Positions 45,227 through 54,690 of a stretch of 64,000 bases of DNA are shown in pieces (within the stretch, counting starts at the first letter, position 1; each line of letters opens with the position of its first letter). A program made the position numbers and the translations under genes. The notes below the pieces were generated by a model that made no database searches, was not told the DNA's origin, and saw only the letters and a program-made list of their open reading frames with translations. The stretch is from a virus (lineage: Duplodnaviria > Caudoviricetes), in the IMG/VR virus record IMGVR_UViG_3300010355_000898, positions 64,001 to 128,000 of that record; one strand, given 5' to 3'.

Positions 45227-45553
45227 TCACCAACTGATCACAATCGTGATTGAAGATTTGTTGTCAAGATCAATTTTGGAAATTTCTGTTATCCCATAGC
45301 CAAGTCCAATGAGATGATCACAGATCAATTTGTACAGTGATTTGTTGCACACATATGTATCATACACAGTGTACGTGACATTGTTTGTGGTTGATTTTCT
45401 GATTGCATCAGATATGTTGGCAATGTTGTGCTCAATCAACTCTTCCAACTGTTTGTGATTGATTTCATTCAATTTTGTCTTCATTTCTTTTGCAACTGGC
45501 AATGCATGTTTCAGCGTCATCCTGTCAAAAATTTCTTGAATCTGTTCTTCCAT
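45227..45553 (-). CDS. Hypothetical protein
   Basis: 108 aa ORF with GAGG SD and upstream promoter-like motif. Confidence 0.6.
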   Translation of the reverse strand: MEEQIQEIFDRMTLKHALPVAKEMKTKLNEINHKQLEELIEHNIANISDAIRKSTTNNVTYTVYDTYVCNKSLYKLICDHLIGLGYGITEISKIDLDNKSSITIVISW

Positions 45554-46555
45554 CTCAAAACCTCTCTCTCAATTGTGATTTTAAACTGTACTCAGAGTCT
45601 GTTGCACCACATGATGAGAAATGTTAACATGTTCATGTCATCAGTGATCAGAAATGGTCATGAACGCGGGCAAAACAGGTCCAGAATGATCAGAGAACAG
45701 AGACCGGTGCAATGAGACAAAATTTTTCATCATCATTCGGTGCAGACTATACTATCTTATAGCGGCAATTGCCAAAGCTATCTGCCGTCAGAACAGATTG
45801 ATATCAACAGAAGGACATCAGCAGACCACATCTCTGAACAGATTGTAAATGTGGGCGTAAAAGATATCGGTAACAAAAATTTGGGTCAATTTGCAAATGT
45901 TCTGTCACATGCAGAGAACACGATTCACGTTGATGGGCCAAACAGTATTGAAGATATCATAACATCTGTTGCATCGAAAACACAACCAGACGTATGCCTA
46001 TTGGGTCCAATGGACAGTGCAAAATACAGAATTCATAAACGTGACCATTCCAACGAGAAGATACCAATCATCATTGAGGATAACAGCACAGTGTATGCTA
46101 TGCTATAGCAAACTCTGCACCGATGGCACTGCATATGTTGGCAGATTGGGAACATTGCAGTTGTGGGTCCAGAATGACAGTGTATTTGAAATTGATGAAG
46201 ATTGTGGACTGTTCCAGGCAGTTGGTTATGATGTTAGCAGAGTACGTTTCAGATCACGTGTAAAGATTGAGTGCACAGATCTGAGTTCATGGACAAGGAT
46301 CATCTTTGATTCAACAGATGATTCAGCAGAAACAGATCATGATTGAGAACAGTGAAAGAGAGAGGTGTTCAGAACCGGTGCAGGTTCATTGAGTTGCCAG
46401 ATCTTGTGCACAGTGGCAGAATGGTGCACATTTCAATCTGGGGAGGGCTGTGACGTGGTGCGCACTCCAGGAGGATTGGGAGGGAATTCAGGTATGCAAA
46501 ATTTGGTTGATGGGTGTGGGGATGACGGGAACCACTGCCGGGGTGTCGTGGAGTG

Positions 46556-46758
46556 AAAATGGGGGTTGGGACGGTCTACGAGGGTGGAACAGTGTATCTT
46601 GCCCCATTTTTTCCCGGTGTTTTTCACTGATGCATCATCGATGGCCTTATTTTACCTTCTGTTTACATCCACTCTGTATTCAAAGATATTCTCGCGTGAT
46701 TTCTCATATGTCCCACCCTCGTAGACTGAACATCCGCAGCATCAGTGAAAAACACCGG
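46556..46758. repeat. Interleaved inverted repeats in a GC-rich non-coding island
   Basis: 46572-46591 pairs with 46709-46728 (18/20); 46614-46633 pairs with 46739-46758 (20/20); 46556-46564 pairs with 46602-46610. Confidence 0.9.
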
Positions 46759-46759
46759 C

Positions 46760-46791
46760 CCGGGTCTCCGTTGCCCCGTATCTGGGACTGA
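46760..46791 (-). repeat. 32-bp junction repeat, copy 1
   Basis: 29/32 identical to 48119-48150; 22-bp core gttgccccgtatctgggactga exact. Confidence 0.9.
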
Positions 46792-47865
46792 GCGTAATGA
46801 TTCACAATTCAGCCAACATCACACCGAGCAAACCCATCAGTCCAAATGTACAACGTCCAACAGCAACAGTACTCTTCAAGTGTACAATTCTCATGAAATT
46901 TCAACCGTCTTTTCCTGTTAATCCTGCAATACCTGTTGTATGACATACTGCTGCTCCCAGCTCGCAATTAGGTTTTTATTTTTTACCTTCTGGGACAACT
47001 CCACCATAACCATTATTGCATATGAGCAATTGCCAACAGTGCTCTCCAAAAATATGGATTCCACAGTGTCCCAATTTTCTTACATTGTGAATCCGGATAT
47101 ATTGACCATATGTCACCGTTGATGTTCTCCCATCATTCCAATCACTGCACACAGTGATCTGCACAAACTCCGGGAATCTTCTCCAGTTCCCCTGTAGCCG
47201 GAGAGTGTCTCACAACCGGCTCACATATCTTCTTGACAATTTGGAACACACTGTGCACATAAAAAATGCGTCCTGTGCCACGGGACGGATAAGATTGACA
47301 CATCCACACTGATAAAATTGCAATCTGATGACATTGTCAACCTGTTGGATGATGGGTAGTGCTGGTGAGACATGTCCTGGATTCCTCATCCTGAGGATGG
47401 CTGTCAATCTTGTGACATGTTCCTGTTCAGTTGCAGTCAGCGCTGACATTTGGGATCTCCCTTGATGTAGAGTCTGCGTGCAACAAGATCAAGGTCTGAT
47501 CTGACAATGGCAACCGCTGCACAACCACACCTGTTCACTTCCAATATTGGAATGTAATGGATATCCGATATCAAGACAAGGTCCACTCTGTCAATTTGGG
47601 ATCCTGGTTTCCTCTGTTCGAGCAGAGTGATCAGTCTACCAATGTGCTGTTCAGTTTGCATGGATATCTCTCATGGCAAGATGATTGATCTGATTGTTGG
47701 TGAACTGTCTGCACGCTGTGCCATCAAGCCTCAAACAGACCGTGCACAGATGATGTTTGCAGAGTTCTGTGAATTTGTGTTCATCAAATTCGAGAAGAAA
47801 ATGGCGACCTTTTTCTGATCTATGCTTGAGAATATTGCCAATGTTTATGAACTGTCTGTAAGTCA

Positions 47866-48084
47866 TCATTTTTTCATGTACACTCTGTACACTCTGCTTA
47901 CAGAGCCATTTTGACCAATCTTAATGTACCATTCAACATTGTGTGAACCATTAATGGCCACGTGGCATGCAGAAATCATCACAATGATTGATGTATATAC
48001 CTTTGTTCAAAGGGCGCTGATTCAAGATCTCTCCAATTCTGCAATGAATTCACATCATAATATGATGCACTGTTTGTAGGTCAT
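47866..48084 (-). pseudogene. MTY-family pseudogene broken over several frames
   Basis: MTYKQ / CRIGEILNQRP / WYIKIGQNGSVSRV separated by frameshifts and stops. Confidence 0.7.
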
Positions 48085-48118
48085 CAATCATTCCATTGTG
48101 ATCAGCATATATGCCTAT

Positions 48119-48150
48119 CCGGAACTCAGTTGCCCCGTATCTGGGACTGA
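48119..48150 (-). repeat. 32-bp junction repeat, copy 2
   Basis: Begins 7 nt after the stop of 48158-48331. Confidence 0.9.
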
Positions 48151-49078
48151 AACATTGTCAGCGTTTGAATGTACATTCTCTGTCAACATCTCCATTACAA
48201 TTGATCTGAATGTACCAATCCCTTTGCGCGCCGAATATATCCTGTGTACAATCATAATAGTAATCTACCCCCTGATCTGGACGACGATTTCTCAATGTCT
48301 CACCAATGTTCCTGTACTGTCTGTATGTCATTCTTTTTCATCGCAAAAAATCAATTGCATGTCTGTAAACAAAACCATCCTCGCGTACTCTGATGCACCA
48401 ACAGAAACGATTGAAATATCGTCTTTCAACACCGTTCTTCAACATTGCTGCAATGTAAGCAGTTTTCTGCTGTGTCGGATTCATCTTAGCACCAATTCTG
48501 CAATACTGTTCATAGGTCATTGTGTGCTCTCCCACCATGTAACCCTGTACACAGTTCCAAGCCAATGAATCCTGATATGCCACGGACTTTCATTAATGAA
48601 AAGTTTCAGATCACAATCTTGGTATGGAACAGAACCATCTGCTATTTCTGAACGCTGATTCAGGATCTCTCCAATTCTGCAATATTGATTGTACGTCATA
48701 AAATCACTTTTTGGGATCTGTTTCCCAGAGATCTCTTGGTACTCGTATTACATTACCACAATTTTTGATCCTTAAAATCAAATTGTGTTGGTCGAATTCA
48801 GTCATGGTACCTAGGTACTGTGTGTATTCACTTGTGTATTCACAGAATGCATCACAACGTGCATTCAGAATTTTTCCTATGCGATTATATTGCCCAAGTG
48901 TCATCAAGAGTTCTCCACGCATCTCCACATTTGTGAACAACAAGCACCAATTTTTGGTAATTGAAATCAGCAATGTTAAAACGTTGATCCACAAGCTTCA
49001 CATGGCGGCGTCTGTTGATGAGTACACCCAACCTTACAAAATGTTCATAAACAGCCCGGGACTGCAACAATTCTCGGT

Positions 49079-49444
49079 TCATGTCATCCTATCCAATCGT
49101 ATCCAATGGCCACCATCCTGTTGGATGGTAAGAACCGTTTCATACTCATCCGAATTGGCTTACACCATTTTCAGACATTGTTGTTTCACGCCCATGACAC
49201 AATTTATGCCATTTGCACCAAATCTTGTAGGATGCTTTCATAATCTGTTGTTCTCAAAGATTGAAGTTGACAGTACCATTATTGGATACCCTGAGCATCA
49301 ATTCATCGCCATGTGCATAGATCCGGGCACGCTGATAAATTTTGAATTCATGTTCAGATATATATTGCGGTCAAGTTGCCAAACAGAACATCCATTTCTT
49401 CTGTACATTGCAACCTTAATGTTGTGATATTGGTCAGCATTCAC
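49079..49444 (-). pseudogene. Two consecutive frameshifted array members (49079-49241, 49254-49444)
   Basis: C-terminal motifs VLTIQQDGGHW and LMLRVSNNGTVNF are out of frame with their starts. Confidence 0.55.
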
Positions 49445-49452
49445 AGATTTTC

Positions 49453-49929
49453 TCAACCATTTCTATGGTGTGATACTCGGCCAACAGTTCTGTATATGCA
49501 CAAATTGTATATTGCTCCGCCAACATCACACACATAACCACAATTTTGGAGTGCAATTGCTAAATTCTTGGCCAATTGTGCACTGATATAGATGATATCA
49601 TTGTGTTTCAGATTGCACAAACAGAATTCTGTGTTGACATCATCCGTTTCAATTTGTGTTGTGTCATCAACACAGTTAACATCTGCATATGTTGCAATGT
49701 TGCCATCAAGCTCTTCATCACCATCCTTGGCTACCCATTCAGAATCACAATTTGGGATCCATAAACCTTCAAAGAAGGTGAATATACACAATCCTGTTGC
49801 ATGGGAATGAATCATTCTGAATTTGGGAATAGAACGATTCTCTGGAACACGATCGGTCAATTCTCCATCACTGATGATGTGTCCATTATAACAATTATGC
49901 AAATGAATATTTGGTACGGTTATCAGCAT
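49453..49929 (-). CDS. Hypothetical protein
   Basis: 158 aa ORF. Confidence 0.5.
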   Translation of the reverse strand: MLITVPNIHLHNCYNGHIISDGELTDRVPENRSIPKFRMIHSHATGLCIFTFFEGLWIPNCDSEWVAKDGDEELDGNIATYADVNCVDDTTQIETDDVNTEFCLCNLKHNDIIYISAQLAKNLAIALQNCGYVCDVGGAIYNLCIYRTVGRVSHHRNG

Positions 49930-50142
49930 TGTTTACAATCCTTTCAGGACACTGCAGGATTCATTCCTCTGTTTAGAGGACCGAACCATCACAAATGTTC
50001 TGGAACATTATCTTGGGTCATTGAGATGAGGCTGGACGGCCATTGGGCAAACTGTTGTTAGTATGGATATCAACATGAATACATCAACACGCAGATTGTG
50101 AACCCACCCAGGGCAGCCAGCCAAAGCATCAGACCTGCGCTA

Positions 50143-50553
50143 TCATTGGACATCAATGAACTTCCTGATGATCCCTGCCCAGCCAGCCTGGGCAAAGGTG
50201 TCCATCATCCTCTTGGCACCATGGGGATTTGCACTGTGAACAATGATGTCCCCAAATTGGGCCCGGGATCTGTTGAGTGTCAGCCACAGGGCTGCATCAC
50301 ATCCATTGAGAGGGCGGGGCTCAGATTGAAAACTGTGAACAGTGGGCGGAATGCCAACATCTGCATCCCTGAAATCTCCAAGGTCATGATCCAGGGCAAC
50401 TATGTCAAAATGGGTGCCCTTCAAGATTTCACTCAGGAAATGAAAGTATGTGTAACAGTGAACAATCCTGCACCCAGGCCATAGGTGGTCAGCACTCTTA
50501 TGACGAGCAGGACAATCATCAAGGATGATCACATTGCAAATTTTGCTGTTCAT
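50143..50553 (-). CDS. Cyclic-phosphate-processing receiver domain protein
   Basis: ILDD, VALDHDLG, GCDAALWL, IIVHSANPHGA..M. Confidence 0.85.
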   Translation of the reverse strand: MNSKICNVIILDDCPARHKSADHLWPGCRIVHCYTYFHFLSEILKGTHFDIVALDHDLGDFRDADVGIPPTVHSFQSEPRPLNGCDAALWLTLNRSRAQFGDIIVHSANPHGAKRMMDTFAQAGWAGIIRKFIDVQ

Positions 50554-50589
50554 AGATCTGTTATATCACACTCACCAAAACATTTCACT

Positions 50590-50617
50590 CGCTCGCGAGC
50601 ACGCACGCGAAACGCCC
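50590..50617. promoter_or_regulatory. CpG-rich dyad element TCGCG-N8-CGCGA, copy 1
   Basis: cgctcgcgagcacgcacgcgaaacgccc; 26/28 identical to 56416-56443. Confidence 0.75.
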
Positions 50618-51315
50618 TCAACAGTGATCACACCGTTGAGAACGGGTCAGAATTTTGTGTCATTGAGTTTGGATGCAATACCAATCAATTGCAATCCTTC
50701 TCCACGAGAAAATTCCATTGGAACGCCACAAGGGTTGATGTGACATCTGCGGTAACATTTGTGAATGAGTTTATGTTCTTGCGCGTTTGCAACTGAACAC
50801 AATTCATATGTACTGTACACCTCTGCAAAGAAATTTCCATTTGAGCCCAGCGCAAAATTGCATATAAAATTGCCCGGTTCAGATTTACGTTTGTGCAATT
50901 GACATGTGATTGATGATGAACCATCATCATAAACGTACACAACAGTTTTCACTGTATATTTGTGTGAATTATGTGACATTGGCTGCCTGTTTGAGCAATC
51001 TGAACAATCCAGAGAATTCACTCAATCCGATTGAGAATGTCCAATTTCGTATGCGTCGAGAACATCTGTACTGTTCACTGATTTTTGAAATTATGTCCTG
51101 ATCCCAACGACGCTGATCACCATGAGCATACACTGTACAACCAATTGTGTGTTCACAAGTTTCAAGATTGTAGTCAAATGTGAAATATGCAATTAGATTG
51201 ACGTTCTCTTGCAAAAATATGATTGTTGCCCACCTGGGCATGTGTTCAGCAACATCTGCAAACAGATTGAATTCAATTGTGATTTTTGACACAGTTCACT
51301 GTCCCACAAATAGGT

Positions 51316-51398
51316 GAACAGGGCAGCCAGCTAACCGCCCTGTTCTGGGATTGATGCATCCGGTTTGGAGGTTGGGGGATTGCACTCAATCCCTCAGT
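51316..51398 (-). terminator. Two hairpins downstream of the MoxR gene
   Basis: gagggattg/caatccccc and gaacagggcggtt/ggctgccctgttc (G-U pairs on the - strand RNA). Confidence 0.6.
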
Positions 51399-51400
51399 TT

Positions 51401-52585
51401 TCACTTCTTCTTGGCAGAAGCTCCAAAGAACCCAGGAACATTGGCAACCTGCCCGATTCCCTTCACGCCCTTCTGGACACCCATAGTCTGCAGAATCGCC
51501 CCGGCCATCTCCTTCATCAGCTTGGCCTGCAGGGCAGGCTTCTTCACCACAGCACTCTGCAACTTGGTCCAAGCAGCAATCCTGTGCTCACCGGTGAGGA
51601 AATCCATGAAGGACTTCACGTTCTCAATCTGGGCAGGGGTCAGATCATCAAGGGTGCCAAGAGCCTGGGCAGTCTTCTCAATCAGGATGTTCTGTCGCTC
51701 AGCACCCAGGCCATTGAGCTTCTTCTGGATCTTCTTCCAACGATTGATGACATCCTCACCACTGATCTGCTGTTCCCATTCAGCAGCGAATGCAGCAAAG
51801 GCGGTTGCAGCTTGCAGGCCAACGAAGCCCCGGGTCAGGTGATAGATTTCATCACGATTTCCCTTGGAATCTTCAAGGGAGCCGGCCAGGGTGAGGGCTC
51901 GATTGACACGCTCCCAAGAACGTCGACTGGGTCCCTTCTCAGTTGGATCACCGCCCTTCACTGGATCAAGCCACTTGTTGTTCTGGTTGATGAAGTCAAT
52001 CATCACAGGATGGATCTCACCACCAAACTCATTGTGAGGACGCTTTGCCCAAGTGATCCAGTCATTGACAGTGGGCTCAAGATCAACAACCCAGAATCGA
52101 TCAAGCAGTGCAATGTCCATCTCGTTGACATTGTAGTCAGAGGTGTGATTGATTGCAGCAAAAACCCGAGTCTCAGGATGGAGCTTGTGACCATTCAGTT
52201 CACGATCAAGAACCATCTGGAATGCACCCTGCATGACCTCGGTCGTTGCACGGTTGATCTCGTCAAGGAGAACATAGCAGGGCTCATCACAGGCAAGCTT
52301 GACCCAGTCAGGAGGATTGAAGGTCGTGCTTGACCCATTTTCACCCTCAACAATCGAGGGAAGACCAATCAGATCACCCTCAGACATCTGGGAGAGACGA
52401 CGATCAATGAAATGCTTGATGGGCTTCTTCCCATCCTTGATGCGCTGGCTGTTCTCAAGCGTCAGGAGATATCGGAACACGGTGGACTTTCCAATTCCGT
52501 GGACACCCCGAGCCAGTACAGAAACCTCAACAGGAAGCTTCAGCAAACAATTCACAAAAGTTTCAATGGACATGCTGTTCGACAT
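51401..52585 (-). CDS. MoxR-like AAA+ ATPase
   Basis: GVHGIGKS, LSQMSEGDLIGLP, PPDW, LLDEINRA, AAIN, DIALLDRF, PSRRSW. Confidence 0.88.
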   Translation of the reverse strand: MSNSMSIETFVNCLLKLPVEVSVLARGVHGIGKSTVFRYLLTLENSQRIKDGKKPIKHFIDRRLSQMSEGDLIGLPSIVEGENGSSTTFNPPDWVKLACDEPCYVLLDEINRATTEVMQGAFQMVLDRELNGHKLHPETRVFAAINHTSDYNVNEMDIALLDRFWVVDLEPTVNDWITWAKRPHNEFGGEIHPVMIDFINQNNKWLDPVKGGDPTEKGPSRRSWERVNRALTLAGSLEDSKGNRDEIYHLTRGFVGLQAATAFAAFAAEWEQQISGEDVINRWKKIQKKLNGLGAERQNILIEKTAQALGTLDDLTPAQIENVKSFMDFLTGEHRIAAWTKLQSAVVKKPALQAKLMKEMAGAILQTMGVQKGVKGIGQVANVPGFFGASAKKK

Positions 52586-52612
52586 AGTTTTTCCTTTCCA
52601 ACCTCTTGAGCA

Positions 52613-52641
52613 ATCTTACCATGAACAGGATGACATTTCAC
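52613..52641 (-). promoter_or_regulatory. Phage promoter for the MoxR gene
   Basis: GTGAAA-N17-TAAGAT with TGn extension. Confidence 0.7.
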
Positions 52642-52716
52642 ACTGCTATTCCTGGAGTGTAATCTTACATGAATTCTTGAAGTGAACAGTTCATGCATGA
52701 ATGGTAATATCAGACT

Positions 52717-52968
52717 ATGTTGATCATCAGTGCCAAGAAGTTCACATGGTATCATGGTTGCAGCAATGGTATTGCATCAACCGGTTGTATGGAGATCAGC
52801 GATCTTCCCAGGACTTTTGCACCAACTGATCAGATCGCTGTTCTTGGCAAGAAGAGCACAAAGATTTTCACTTTTGTGAACGTTCTCCGTGATAGTGAAA
52901 GTGATGTTTTGGGTTGGCGATATGTGTCAACTTGCAAGCGTTTTGAACTCTGTATCAATAACGACTGA
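52717..52968 (+). CDS. Hypothetical protein (leaderless)
   Basis: GTGAAC(52682)-N17-TAATAT-N6-ATG. Confidence 0.65.
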   Translation: MLIISAKKFTWYHGCSNGIASTGCMEISDLPRTFAPTDQIAVLGKKSTKIFTFVNVLRDSESDVLGWRYVSTCKRFELCINND

Positions 52969-52973
52969 ACATC

Positions 52974-53132
52974 ATGACATACAAACAATTCATCAATCTT
53001 GCCAAAAAATTTGGGTACAGTCGATCACATTCACGGTTTTCAGAAAGTGAATATCTTCGTTACCAATGGACATTGGCAATCTATGCTAGCAGTTTTGATC
53101 AAAACGTTTTGACATACACTCGGATTCTGTGA
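52974..53132 (+). CDS. Dispersed MTY-family miniprotein (52 aa)
   Basis: MTYKQFINL...QWTLAIY. Confidence 0.55.
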   Translation: MTYKQFINLAKKFGYSRSHSRFSESEYLRYQWTLAIYASSFDQNVLTYTRIL

Positions 53133-53191
53133 ACAGTTCCCAAGTTCCTGATAGAATGGTCTTCTAAGGTTGGAAAGGAACCAGCGAGAAA

Positions 53192-53959
53192 ATGGCACGC
53201 ACAAAGTCAAGTCTTCCGAAGTCTGAAGTTGCTCAGGGCACCAACATTCTTGATGTGAAGATTCCTCCACAATTGCGAAAGCGCATTGATCTTGGGATTG
53301 ATTGGTTCACTGAAGCACTCGGTGGGCAGGGAATGGTTCCATCCAATGTCATGATGCTCACAGGAACTCCTGGAGCGGGCAAGAGCACTCTGTTTCGTCA
53401 ATTGGCTGACAGCATCACTGCATCTGGAAACATTGCAATCTACAACTCTGGTGAGGAGAGCCCGTATCAGGTTGCTATGGCAGCAGAGCGAATGAAATTG
53501 AAGAATGGTTTCAAGATGTCACAGGAACAGCAGGCATCTGAGCTGATCCGGTTTGCTCGCAAGGTTCAGAAGGCAAACCCCAAGAAGACTGTTTTCATTC
53601 TGCAGGATAGCATTCAGACACTTGATGACGGGAAGTACTCAAATGGTGTCACCAACAGCTCAACCGCATTGCGATGCACTGAGATGCTTGCTGAGTGGGC
53701 CAAGGAAACCTATGGCATTGTTCTGTTCATCGGCCAGGTGAACAAGGATGGGCAGTTCTCTGGGAAGAATGGGATCAAGCACTGGATTGATGCTCATGCT
53801 CACATCTACATTGATGGCAAGAAGAGCAGTGATACGTATGGTGAGCGTCTATTTGAGGTTTCCAAGAACCGTTGGGGTGTCACTGGGAAAACTTTCATTG
53901 TTGGCATTCAGGATACAGGGCTCTACTTGAAGGGGTATGTTGAATATGTCAAGAGCTAA
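53192..53959 (+). CDS. RadA/Sms-like RecA-family ATPase (core only)
   Basis: GTPGAGKST, SGEES, DSIQT, GQVNKDG, KNRWG; no Zn finger or Lon-like domain. Confidence 0.85.
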   Translation: MARTKSSLPKSEVAQGTNILDVKIPPQLRKRIDLGIDWFTEALGGQGMVPSNVMMLTGTPGAGKSTLFRQLADSITASGNIAIYNSGEESPYQVAMAAERMKLKNGFKMSQEQQASELIRFARKVQKANPKKTVFILQDSIQTLDDGKYSNGVTNSSTALRCTEMLAEWAKETYGIVLFIGQVNKDGQFSGKNGIKHWIDAHAHIYIDGKKSSDTYGERLFEVSKNRWGVTGKTFIVGIQDTGLYLKGYVEYVKS

Positions 53960-54278
53960 GAATGTGCTCCCCGTTGGGGAGATCACAGTGCACTTTGCCC
54001 GTTACAGGAACGGGATGTTCTTCAATGGAGGCAACAATTCCTCAACGCCCATTCTGTTCAACACAATTGAAGCATTGTACGGAGAACTCCGGAGACTGTT
54101 CACTCGTGTTACAGAGTACAGATACCAGAATGGGAAAACAGTTCAGTTCACGAGGAAGTTCAGAGAGAATGATCTGTACGTTTACAATTGCAAACTTTCT
54201 GGTGAGATGACCAAGACTTGGTACCCAAAGGTTGTTGGCACATTGCGAATTCCAAGAAACTTTAAACATCAGGGATGA
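53937..54278 (+). CDS. Hypothetical protein, paralog of 37588-37941
   Basis: TWYPKVVGTLRIPRNFKH. Confidence 0.6.
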   Translation: MLNMSRAKNVLPVGEITVHFARYRNGMFFNGGNNSSTPILFNTIEALYGELRRLFTRVTEYRYQNGKTVQFTRKFRENDLYVYNCKLSGEMTKTWYPKVVGTLRIPRNFKHQG

Positions 54279-54284
54279 TCTGTT

Positions 54285-54467
54285 GTGCACACTATGCACA
54301 CTGTGAGAATAAGACAGAATGGCATTGTAACTTTTCATGATGAGGATGGTCGATTGCACCGATCCAATGGTCCTGCTATCATCAGACCTGATGGCGATAA
54401 TGGATGGTGCTTTCAGGGAATTGTTTACACTGAAAATGATTACTGGAAAATTGTGAATCGTCAATAA
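54285..54467 (+). CDS. G.LHR.DGPA repeat protein
   Basis: GRLHRSNGPAIIRPDG. Confidence 0.65.
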   Translation: MHTMHTVRIRQNGIVTFHDEDGRLHRSNGPAIIRPDGDNGWCFQGIVYTENDYWKIVNRQ

Positions 54468-54690
54468 ATTCCTGATAGAATAGATTTCAGAAGATGGCAT
54501 ACCATTACACACAATTGGGTCCAACACTTCCCAAAGTTGGCAGGAAGTATTCAAGGACAACCAATACTGTTGAGCACAATCTGTGCAAACTGAAGAGTTT
54601 CAACAAGGCAACAGGATTGTGCAAACTTGAATCATCTTGGGGAACAGTATTCTGGTTGACAATTGGTGAACTGTCACATTGGCATCCAGT

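Larger units (their letters stand above)
46809..49444 (-). other. Miniprotein array 2: about 13 paralogous 45-80 aa ORFs and pseudogenes
   Basis: MTY.QY.RIG.ILN.R starts and W.I.I...G.V.R or L.V..CG ends; includes 46809-46946 and 48158-48331 absent from the ORF track. Confidence 0.85.

Noticed and set aside
46760-48150. CRISPR array or integron attC array
   Set aside because: Only 2-3 copies, hundreds of bp apart; no cas or integrase gene; no attC core sites recognised
48711-49427. 238 aa + strand ORF
   Set aside because: Antisense to recognisable array members; long shadow ORFs are expected when TA-containing stops are depleted
38283-49444. Stop-codon reassignment as the cause of the many short ORFs
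   Set aside because: Conserved genes end at the expected length with TGA (rtcB, ligase), TAG (groEL) and TAA. The short ORFs have their own repeated start motifs, and the breaks are mostly frame changes.
40388-49444. Diversity-generating retroelement
   Set aside because: No reverse transcriptase in the window and no TR/VR pair differing at adenines was seen
50110-51331. 13-bp match cagggcagccagc at 50110 and 51319
   Set aside because: Too short and in different contexts; plausible by chance
51365-52333. 322 aa + strand ORF (likewise 61486-62451, 25069-25803, 18646-19278)
   Set aside because: Antisense shadows of longer genes (MoxR, ligase, 24883-25824, MnmA)
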